DNA of 64,000 nucleotides. It comes from Clostridiales bacterium (GTDB lineage Bacteria > Bacillota > Clostridia > Christensenellales > UBA1242). Below the pieces are notes generated by a model that ran no database searches, was not told where the DNA came from, and saw nothing but the letters and a program-made list of their open reading frames with translations. The stretch is from assembly GCA_015069335.1 (NCBI GenBank), contig SVIU01000001.1:1180-65179 (forward strand), given 5' to 3'. Positions 29,545 to 37,549 of the stretch are shown here, in pieces. A program made the translations under genes and the position numbers. Each line of letters opens with the position of its first letter. The stretch's first letter is position 1.

Positions 29545-31089
29545 TTAGCCAAATAAATGTATTACGTCAACCAGTATTACGAACGCAAATAATATCATTA
29601 TTCCAATTGCGTGAATCATGTTTTCTACCTTTCGCTTGATTGGCTTTTTGCGAATTGCTTCTATGGTTGTAAATATGACATGTGCTCCATCCAAGCCTGG
29701 TATTGGCAAAATGTTGAATATTGCCAAGTTTGCAGCAAGTAATGGCAATAAATACAAGAAACTTGCAACACCATAAGATGCAACTTCTGTCATTTGTGTA
29801 ATTGTTGAAATAGGACCACCTAATTGGTTGAAGGCTACTGCTCCAGTAATTATGCTCCAGAAGGCTTTTAAAATTAAGCCAGCCAACTCAAATGTAAAAG
29901 GAATAAAATCTCTTAATGCATCACCAAAAGAGTAATTTACTTGAATATAGTCCGCCTCAGAAATTCCAAATTTTGCGTTTCCATCTTTATCGGTGAAATT
30001 TCTGCCAAACTCTACTTCAACTTTGTTTGAATCAATGGCAATTGTGAGTTTTATTGACTCTTTTTCACCAATTAAAGAAGTAAAATCCCTTCCCCTAGCA
30101 TAATTTATTTCTGTACCATCAATTGCATAAACCATTGTGTTTTCTTTTAATGAATAACCATATGTTGTTCCATACAAAAGCTCATCCTCTTGCATAACAT
30201 AACTAAATGATACTGGTGTTTCGCCAACAAGTTCAGCAGTTGGTGAAATGATTAATACATCATAATTGCCTACTAATAAAAATATTAATGAAAAAATAAA
30301 TGCAGACAAAAAGTTAAATGTAACGCCAGCAAAGAACACCAAAATTCTTTTCCATGGTTTTTGATTGTTAAAGCGTCTTGGGTCGTCAGCAGGAATGTTT
30401 TCTAAATTGCTATCACCACCACCAACAATCGCATTTTCGTTTAAAACCTTTTTTGTTTCTGGTGTTGGTTGAGCGTCATTTTTTTCTACCGTATCAGATT
30501 TGTTATCCTCGTTGCTTTCTGCTTTTATGTCAACAACATCTTTATTTTCGGCATCAGTTTTTGACTGCTCTTCCTCGTCGTCACCTTCGCCAAGGAAAGA
30601 ACAAAAGCCGCCGAGTGGGAATAATCTTATAGAAATTTTTTCGCCACGTTTGTTGGTTTTTTGCCACAAAACCTTACCAAAACCAATTGAAAATTCTAAT
30701 ATTGTAAAACCAAGTTTTCTACCAACAATATAGTGTCCCAATTCGTGAATTAACACCATGGTTAATAAAACTATTATTGCAATAATTACGTAAAGAATGG
30801 TAGAGAAAACTGTGCCTACCGTATAAGTAACAAACAACGCATAAAAGGCGTCAAACAAGATTGCAGCTATGCTAATAATTAAGCCTGAAACAGCAAATGC
30901 CTTGATTTTGTTGTGCTCTTTTGTAAGCTTGTTGGCAACAAATGACAATGTGAAAGCAATTCCGGCTGGTATTAAGCCAAATAGTCCAAAAAATATGCCA
31001 ATTACCCAAGCAAAAATTGAAACAGAAAAACCGGCAATTGCAACAATGCCAACTTTCTTTTTATCAATTGTTTTTTTATTATTTTCCAT
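29545..31089 (-). CDS. rseP: RseP/RasP-type site-2 metalloprotease (M50) with extra N-terminal TM module and acidic insert
   Basis: HELGHY, PDZ-like middle and NILPIPGLDG. 514 aa. About 95 extra N-terminal residues with DUF4190-like TM helices. D/E/K-rich insert around residues 168-250. Confidence 0.85.
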   Translation of the reverse strand: MENNKKTIDKKKVGIVAIAGFSVSIFAWVIGIFFGLFGLIPAGIAFTLSFVANKLTKEHNKIKAFAVSGLIISIAAILFDAFYALFVTYTVGTVFSTILYVIIAIIVLLTMVLIHELGHYIVGRKLGFTILEFSIGFGKVLWQKTNKRGEKISIRLFPLGGFCSFLGEGDDEEEQSKTDAENKDVVDIKAESNEDNKSDTVEKNDAQPTPETKKVLNENAIVGGGDSNLENIPADDPRRFNNQKPWKRILVFFAGVTFNFLSAFIFSLIFLLVGNYDVLIISPTAELVGETPVSFSYVMQEDELLYGTTYGYSLKENTMVYAIDGTEINYARGRDFTSLIGEKESIKLTIAIDSNKVEVEFGRNFTDKDGNAKFGISEADYIQVNYSFGDALRDFIPFTFELAGLILKAFWSIITGAVAFNQLGGPISTITQMTEVASYGVASFLYLLPLLAANLAIFNILPIPGLDGAHVIFTTIEAIRKKPIKRKVENMIHAIGIMILFAFVILVDVIHLFG

Positions 31090-31184
31090 ACTAGATTATC
31101 TCCATATAAAACATTAGTTTTGCATACTCGCCGATTATTTAAGCTAGCACGCAAAACCCATGTTATTTATTAAATATATTCGCC

Positions 31185-32135
31185 TTATAGTAAAATTATA
31201 AGAGTAAATATCAACACAACAATAATGTTGGCAAAATGACTGTCAAGTCTATCTAAAACTCCGCCATGACCTGGCAAAATATCACCGCTGTCTTTAACAT
31301 CTGCCTTGCGTTTTAAGAAGCTTTCAAATAAATCACCTGCTTGACAAACAATTGTTGAAACAAGACCAACAATAAGCATTTTCCACCAAGTGATGTTTAC
31401 TTGCTCGAATATAATTCTAAACTTGTCAATTGAGTTGAAAATAAAGAAGATTGCAACTGAACACAAAACTCCCCAAACAATTCCGCCCACAGCACCAGAA
31501 ATGGTTTTTTTAGGGCTGAGTTTTGGGCAAAGTTTTTTGCCTTTAAAGAGTGATCCAGTAAGCATTGCAAAAGTGTCAACAAAAATTGGCACCAAGAATG
31601 CAAAAATCATCAAGAAGAAAGACAATGAACTTGCTGTTGCAGAAATTTTGTCAAAATAATAGGTCATATTTTGCAAGTTATTGATAAAGATAAATGCTAA
31701 AATAATAAAACCTGGGTACAAAAGTCCAAACAATGTTTGAACGCCTTTAAATAGTGAAAATTGCTCAATTGTGCAAGTGATTTTTCTTGTTTTAATTTCG
31801 TTGTCTGAGGCTTTTTTTGAAAGCAAACTAAACAACGACACAACGCCTGCAAGCAAAATCACCAAGGCAATTTGCAATACAAAAACCAAGTATAGTGGCA
31901 AACTTTGGCTTGTGCTTAATTTAAACAAACCATATGCCAAAATTGGGTATGCAAAAATAACTTTTTTGTTGTTGTAATACCCAATTTTTGTAAGTAAATT
32001 TGACATTTCCATGCCTGCCACAACGGCAACAAACACCAAAAATGCGTCAAAAACATAAGGTGTTAGTGTTTTTGTGAAAAATAATAAGATCATAAATGCT
32101 GCCAACGCAACGCCTGTTAATACTCTTTGTTTCAT
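31185..32135 (-). CDS. cdsA: Phosphatidate cytidylyltransferase
   Basis: C-terminal signature SFLKRKADVKDSGDILPGHGGVLDRLDS. Polytopic. Follows uppS. Confidence 0.9.
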   Translation of the reverse strand: MKQRVLTGVALAAFMILLFFTKTLTPYVFDAFLVFVAVVAGMEMSNLLTKIGYYNNKKVIFAYPILAYGLFKLSTSQSLPLYLVFVLQIALVILLAGVVSLFSLLSKKASDNEIKTRKITCTIEQFSLFKGVQTLFGLLYPGFIILAFIFINNLQNMTYYFDKISATASSLSFFLMIFAFLVPIFVDTFAMLTGSLFKGKKLCPKLSPKKTISGAVGGIVWGVLCSVAIFFIFNSIDKFRIIFEQVNITWWKMLIVGLVSTIVCQAGDLFESFLKRKADVKDSGDILPGHGGVLDRLDSHFANIIVVLIFTLIILL

Positions 32136-32836
32136 TTGTTCTCCTGTTTGAGCCCACCAAATCGTCTGTTTCTTTTTTGATAGGCTTTTATTGCTTTTAG
32201 TAATGTTTTTTTGCTAAAGTCTGGCCAATGAGTTTTTGGAAAATAAAACTCACTATAGGCGCATTGATAAAGCATAAAGTTTGACAGCCTTTTTTCACCA
32301 CTTGCCCTAATTATTAAGTCGGGATCAGGCAAATCTGCTGTATATAAATAATTGTGAAAGGTTTGCTCGGTGCACTCTTGCACACCGTCGCTTATTATGT
32401 TGTTTACTGCCCTAACAATTTCAGCCCTTGCTCCATAATTTATGCCAATATTAAAGATTAAAGATTTGTTGTTTTTTGTTGCCTCTTTAATATCAACCAA
32501 AGTGTTTTTTAAAGTGTTTGGAAGCCTTGATAAATCTCCCATTGTTACAACCTTGATGTCAAGCTCATTAAATTTGTCTAGGCTATTGTTGCATAAATCT
32601 TCCACCAAACCAAATATGCCATCAACCTCTTCTTTTGGCCTTGACCAATTTTCTGTTGAAAAGGCATAAACTGATAAATATTTAATGTTTAATTCTATGC
32701 AGGCGCGAACAATTCTTTTTAAGCTCTCCACGCCCATTTTATGACCAAAAAGTCTTGGTTTTCCACGTTTTAATGCCCAACGACCGTTTCCATCCATTAT
32801 CATTGCTACATGCGTTGGCAATTTATTTATTTTCAT
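32132..32836 (-). CDS. uppS: Undecaprenyl-diphosphate synthase
   Basis: HVAMIMDGNGRWA, FSTENWSRP, IRASGEKRLSNF. Confidence 0.95.
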   Translation of the reverse strand: MKINKLPTHVAMIMDGNGRWALKRGKPRLFGHKMGVESLKRIVRACIELNIKYLSVYAFSTENWSRPKEEVDGIFGLVEDLCNNSLDKFNELDIKVVTMGDLSRLPNTLKNTLVDIKEATKNNKSLIFNIGINYGARAEIVRAVNNIISDGVQECTEQTFHNYLYTADLPDPDLIIRASGEKRLSNFMLYQCAYSEFYFPKTHWPDFSKKTLLKAIKAYQKRNRRFGGLKQENK

Positions 32837-33029
32837 TATTCTTGTTCCTTATATCAAATATAAAATCGCCTGTAGTAATAACAGTTTTTTCTTGATCGGT
32901 TGTTATGTTGGTTACAAGCTTTGTATCGCCAGCAACGCTAAAATTATTGTCTTTTATATTAAATTTAATTCCGTTGTTATTAAAATATTCAATAACTTTT
33001 TCTAACTTTTCACCAATAAAATTTTGCAT
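32823..33029 (-). CDS. Small hypothetical protein translationally coupled between frr and uppS
   Basis: 68-aa ORF. Its ATG (33027-33029) overlaps the frr TAA (TAATG) and its 3' end overlaps the uppS start by 14 nt. No recognisable family. Confidence 0.45.
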   Translation of the reverse strand: MQNFIGEKLEKVIEYFNNNGIKFNIKDNNFSVAGDTKLVTNITTDQEKTVITTGDFIFDIRNKNNENK

Positions 33030-33601
33030 TATATTTCCATTATTTCTTTTTCTTTGTCGGCGCTTGCTTTGTCAGCCTTTGCGCACATAGAATCAAGTTC
33101 TTTTTGAACATCTTCTTCTAAACCAGCATATTCGTCCTCAGAAATTTTGCTGTCTTTTTTAAACGCTTTAAATTTGTCCAAAACATCTCTTCTTGCGTTG
33201 CGCATAACAACTTTTGTTTCTTCCAAAAGTTTTTTGGTTTGTTTACAAAGCTCTTTTCTACGCTCTTCTGTCAATGCTGGGAATACAATTCTGATAACTT
33301 TTCCGTCATCAGTTGGATTAACGCCCAAGTCTGCCATTGCAATTGCTTTTGAAATGTTTTTAAGTTGTGAGTTGTCCCACACGCTTACAACTATCATTCT
33401 TGCTTCTGGCACTTGAATGTTTGCCATTTGATTGATTGGTGTCATAACGCCATAATAATCAACCATAACCCTATCCAAAATGTGTGGATTGGCACGACCA
33501 GCTCTAATAATTTGATATTCATCCAACAAATGGTTATAGGCTTTTTCCAATTGTTCTGAATATTCCATTTGAAGTTCTTCTACTTGTTCTTGATTTTGCA
33601 T
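33029..33601 (-). CDS. frr: Ribosome recycling factor
   Basis: 190 aa. IRAGRANPHILDRVMVDYYG and TEERRKEL motifs. Confidence 0.95.
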   Translation of the reverse strand: MQNQEQVEELQMEYSEQLEKAYNHLLDEYQIIRAGRANPHILDRVMVDYYGVMTPINQMANIQVPEARMIVVSVWDNSQLKNISKAIAMADLGVNPTDDGKVIRIVFPALTEERRKELCKQTKKLLEETKVVMRNARRDVLDKFKAFKKDSKISEDEYAGLEEDVQKELDSMCAKADKASADKEKEIMEI

Positions 33602-33705
33602 ATTATCTCCTTAATTTTGCATTAAACATACAAAGTATACACTATTGCCTTACTTTTAGGCAAACACTTTTTAATTTTATATGTTTGATTTTATAAAAAA
33701 TTTTC

Positions 33706-34296
33706 TTATTCTTGTGCAACCAATAAATCATTTTCTATAATTTCTAAAATTTTGTTTTTGTTGTTGCCGTTTTCGCTGCTGTGAGCGACAATGTTATCTT
33801 TGCCAAGCCCTAACTTTTTTGCAATGTTTTGAACATATGCACTCACCTTTGACTTTGGCAACTTATCGGTTTTTGTGGCAATAACTGTGGTTGGAATGCC
33901 ATAATAAAACAAAAACTTTAGCATTTTGACATCTAGTTCTGTAGGCTCAATGCGGGAATCTACCAACATAAACACTCTTTTTAGGCATTTGGTGTTTAAA
34001 AGATAATCTTCCATTATACTTGCCCAAATTAACTTGTTTTGCTTGCCTGCCTTGGCATAACCATAGCCTGGCAAATCAACAAACCTAAACTCTTTATTTA
34101 TTAAAAAATAATTTATCATTCGAGTTCTGCCCGGCAACGAACTTGTTTTGCAAAGTTTGTTTTGGTTGGTTAAATTATTAATTAAACTACTTTTGCCAAC
34201 ATTGCTTCTGCCCACAAAAGCAAACTCTATTCCATCTTTTAAAATGTTTTCTTTTTTTACAACACTTGTTAAATATTCAGCGCTTTTTATTATCAT
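33706..34296 (-). CDS. engB: Ribosome biogenesis GTPase YsxC/EngB
   Basis: G1 GRSNVGKSSLIN, G3 DLPGYG, G4 TKTDK. The start was chosen at MIIKSAEYL (34294-34296). The ORF-track N-terminus is a hydrophobic artefact. Confidence 0.85.
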   Translation of the reverse strand: MIIKSAEYLTSVVKKENILKDGIEFAFVGRSNVGKSSLINNLTNQNKLCKTSSLPGRTRMINYFLINKEFRFVDLPGYGYAKAGKQNKLIWASIMEDYLLNTKCLKRVFMLVDSRIEPTELDVKMLKFLFYYGIPTTVIATKTDKLPKSKVSAYVQNIAKKLGLGKDNIVAHSSENGNNKNKILEIIENDLLVAQE

Positions 34297-34350
34297 AGAT
34301 AATATAATAACAATAAAAAAAAATATTGTCAAACGACAATATTTTAAAAA

Positions 34351-35709
34351 TTAACCAACTGTGAAAACTTCTTTAACTTGCAATGATTTTTTGTCATTCA
34401 TAAATGCTTGCATACTGCCGTCTTGTGAAATTTTTAGAGCGACACCATATTTAGCAAGTGTTTTTGCTGCAGCAAGCCTACCACCACCAGTGCTACCAGC
34501 CTCTATATTGATTATTGCACCACAAGTTATTATTGTGCCATCCCAGTCGACAATTGTTGCGCCGTCAATGCTGGCAAGTTCTTCACGAAGTTTTCTGTTT
34601 AACTCGTGATATTTTCTGCCTGCAATTGTTGCTTTTAGTGTGCTGGTTTTTATGTTTTCTACATTTTCAACATATTCTTGATATGACATTTTTGTTATAT
34701 CTATATCATTTGGATTTTTTAGTTTTTTTCTTGGCGTTTCAAGAATTTTTTCTTTTTTTAATTCAAAATGCTTTTCTGTTAATATATCATCAATGTTTAT
34801 ATGCTCCAAAGCTTGTTCGGTTGAGTTTCTATTGAGGTAAGCAATACAGCCGCCCGTTCCAGCATATGCTACGTCAAGTGCAGTAAAATATATTGTTTTT
34901 CGAATTTCCTTTATGGATTGTGAGCCTCGGCTTGATAGCAAGGCAATAATCTCGTCGTGGCTATAACTATTCCAAACGCCGTTCTTTTTTGCAAAGATCA
35001 TATTTCTATCTTTAAACAGCAAAATTTCACCATTGGAATTTAGAACCAAGCCTATTCTGTTTGCATCGCAATAGCGAGCAAAACTAACATAGTCATAAGA
35101 GCAAATAGTAGATTTAAACCTCATACGCTCTAGCGACATATGTCCCAAATAGTATCCATTTTTATCAAACTCCACTCCAGAATTTATACCATTTGACAAA
35201 ACGGCAAAAAAATCTTTTTTAAACATTTCTTCATAATGAAGGTTTTTTTGTTGTGAGGTATTTTCTTGAGTTTCGTTGATGATTATGCCAAAGTTCATTC
35301 TTCTGCCCTCATATGTTTTGGTTGCATAGCCATCTAAAAGTGTGATTAAATTAAGCAAAGTATCACTTGCAACATCCGAGATTGACTCACAAATTGCTTT
35401 TTCTATTGCTGTAACTTTTAGCCTATTTAAATAATTTTTGTCTAAAAGCAAGCCAAGATTATATACATTTTGAATTTCTGAAATTATGGATCTAATAAGT
35501 TCTACTTCGTTGGCTTTGAAGGCAAGGTTGCGTTTTAAAATTAAACGATATTCATCGTTTTTTGTTGGTTTGATCAAAATTGTGCCGCCAGTGCCTAAAG
35601 CCACCTCGTTATCACGAGAAGAACTCTCCTCTTCGCCAATAATTGCAGAGCCCGTAAACAGTGGCATTATCATTGTTTTTACATAACTAATAAATACTTC
35701 TTTTTCCAT
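34351..35709 (-). CDS. Hypothetical protein with C-terminal diadenylate-cyclase-like (DisA_N/DAC-like) region, degenerate catalytic motif
   Basis: The C-terminus IDGATIVDWDGTIITCGAIINIEAGSTGGGRLAAAKTLAKYGVALKISQDGSMQAF parallels the DAC core HDGAVII..I.AAGC.LPLS..GTRHRAA..S...D...IVSEETG. DGA is kept, RHR is not. The N-terminal ~280 aa are unassigned. Confidence 0.45.
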   Translation of the reverse strand: MEKEVFISYVKTMIMPLFTGSAIIGEEESSSRDNEVALGTGGTILIKPTKNDEYRLILKRNLAFKANEVELIRSIISEIQNVYNLGLLLDKNYLNRLKVTAIEKAICESISDVASDTLLNLITLLDGYATKTYEGRRMNFGIIINETQENTSQQKNLHYEEMFKKDFFAVLSNGINSGVEFDKNGYYLGHMSLERMRFKSTICSYDYVSFARYCDANRIGLVLNSNGEILLFKDRNMIFAKKNGVWNSYSHDEIIALLSSRGSQSIKEIRKTIYFTALDVAYAGTGGCIAYLNRNSTEQALEHINIDDILTEKHFELKKEKILETPRKKLKNPNDIDITKMSYQEYVENVENIKTSTLKATIAGRKYHELNRKLREELASIDGATIVDWDGTIITCGAIINIEAGSTGGGRLAAAKTLAKYGVALKISQDGSMQAFMNDKKSLQVKEVFTVG

Positions 35710-35898
35710 AAAATCACCAACAAAACTTTAATTTATTTTATTATAAAAAAAATTAAATATAATTGCAACAAAAAAATGAATAAATATTCAAAAAAAAGTA
35801 TAATTTTAATAAATATTTTTTAAAATACACAATTTTTGTGTCAAAATTCGTCAAGTTATTTCATATATATACACAAATGCTATTTTTTTGAGGTGTTT

Positions 35899-36603
35899 AT
35901 GATTATTGAAAATTTTATTATTTTTATGAATAAAATTTTGCTATTTTCTTCTTTTATTAATAATGCACAAGGATTTCCAAAACCATTGACAGAATCTGAA
36001 GAACGAGAATTTTTTGATAAATTTAAAAAAGGTGATAATTCTGCAAAAGATAAATTAATAAATCACAATTTAAGGCTTGTTGCTCACATTGTAAAAAAAT
36101 ATGCAGGCACAAGCGAGGCAGATGATTTAATTTCGGTTGGCACAATTGGCTTAATAAAGGCAATAAATTCTTATGAATACAACAAAGGCACACAGCTTTC
36201 TACATATGCAGCAAGGTGTATAGAAAATGAAATTTTGATGCTGCTTAGGGTATCAAAAAAACACAAGGCCGTTGCCTCGCTTGATGAAAGTTTAGGACAA
36301 GACAAAGACGGAAATGATATAGAACTGTGCGAGATAATTCCTGCAGATGAAGAAGATGTTTTGACTCAGGTTGAAGCAAATGTTGTAAACACAAAAATAT
36401 GCAAAATTATTGACCAAAAGCTAAGCGAACGCGAAAGTAAAATAATAAAACTAAGATATGGCATTGGTGGCAAAACCGCTTACACTCAAAGGGAAGTTGC
36501 TAATATGCTTGGGATTTCTCGTTCATATATTTCTCGAATTGAAACAAAAGCAATTGAAACAATAAAAAACGAAGTTGCTAAAGATTCATTTTTTAAACAA
36601 TAA
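35899..36603 (+). CDS. sigK: Sporulation sigma factor SigK (pro-sigma-K, uninterrupted)
   Basis: ~17-aa pro-sequence then SFINNAQGFPKPLTESEE. Region 2 NHNLRLVAHIVKKY (SigK-type), region 4 TQREVANMLGISRSYISRIE. GAGGTG SD before the ATG at 35899. No skin-like insertion. Confidence 0.8.
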   Translation: MIIENFIIFMNKILLFSSFINNAQGFPKPLTESEEREFFDKFKKGDNSAKDKLINHNLRLVAHIVKKYAGTSEADDLISVGTIGLIKAINSYEYNKGTQLSTYAARCIENEILMLLRVSKKHKAVASLDESLGQDKDGNDIELCEIIPADEEDVLTQVEANVVNTKICKIIDQKLSERESKIIKLRYGIGGKTAYTQREVANMLGISRSYISRIETKAIETIKNEVAKDSFFKQ

Positions 36604-36619
36604 AAAATTAATTGCAAAA

Positions 36620-36650
36620 AAAGCAACCAACAATTGTTGATTGCTTTTGT
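36620..36650. terminator. Bidirectional terminator between convergent sigK and ftsY
   Basis: Stem AGCAACCAACA/TGTTGATTGCT (one mismatch), flanked by an A-run upstream and a T-run downstream. Confidence 0.65.
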
Positions 36651-36651
36651 T

Positions 36652-37548
36652 TTAAAATAAATTATCGGCAAAGTCTTTTGCATTAAATTCTTCGATATCA
36701 TCAATGCCTTCGCCAGTTCCAACAAACATTACTGGGAGTTTTAATTTTTCGGCAATGGTGATAACTACGCCACCCTTGGCTGTTCCGTCAAGTTTTGTTA
36801 ATATTATGCCATCAATGTGCATATATTCATTAAAATGCTCAATTTGCGAAAGTGCATTTTGACCAGTTGTTGCATCCAAAACAATAAGGTTGTAGCGGTT
36901 TGCCTCTGGATATTCCCTTGTAATAACTTTGTCAATTTTGCGAAGTTCTTCCATTAAATTGACTTTTGTTTGTAGTCTACCAGCTGTGTCAATAAGCAAT
37001 ACATCTGTCTTTTTTGCTTTAGCAGACGAAATTCCGTCATAAACAACTGCTGCAGCGTCAGCACCCTCTGCGTGTTTTATGATACGAGCTTTATTTCTGT
37101 TTGCCCATTCGGTAAGTTGATCGCTTGCGGCAGCACGGAATGTGTCGCCAGCAACCAATACAACTTCTTTTTTATTATTTTTAAAATAATTTGTTAGTTT
37201 GCCAATTGATGTTGTTTTGCCAACGCCATTTACGCCAATTATTGTAAATACTGCAGGATATTCAATGTTTTTTGTTTCTAAGCTTTCTAGCATTTTTGCA
37301 ATAATTTCTTTTAATGCCGCCCTTACATCATCTGCTTTGCGTATTTTGTTTTTGCGGGCGTAAATTCTAAGCTGGTCAACAATTTGTTCGCTTGCCTCAA
37401 AACCAACATCACTTGAAACCAAAATATCAGTCAACTCTTCAAAAAAATCATCGTTTAATTCGCCGCCGCTAAATAGTGCATCAAATTTTCTGGCAATTGC
37501 CTCACGTGTTTTTTTTAATACTTCTTTAATTTTTTTAAAAAATCCCAT
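36652..37548 (-). CDS. ftsY: Signal recognition particle receptor FtsY
   Basis: MGFFKKIKE start (ATG 37546-37548, 1 nt after the smc stop). GVNGVGKTT, DTAGR, TKLDGTAKGG. Confidence 0.95.
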   Translation of the reverse strand: MGFFKKIKEVLKKTREAIARKFDALFSGGELNDDFFEELTDILVSSDVGFEASEQIVDQLRIYARKNKIRKADDVRAALKEIIAKMLESLETKNIEYPAVFTIIGVNGVGKTTSIGKLTNYFKNNKKEVVLVAGDTFRAAASDQLTEWANRNKARIIKHAEGADAAAVVYDGISSAKAKKTDVLLIDTAGRLQTKVNLMEELRKIDKVITREYPEANRYNLIVLDATTGQNALSQIEHFNEYMHIDGIILTKLDGTAKGGVVITIAEKLKLPVMFVGTGEGIDDIEEFNAKDFADNLF

Positions 37549-37549
37549 T

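Noticed and set aside
35836-36603. Possible interruption of sigK by a skin-like element or a prophage nearby.
   Set aside because: sigK is a single uninterrupted ORF containing the pro-sequence and regions 2-4. No recombinase, integrase or phage genes occur anywhere in the window.
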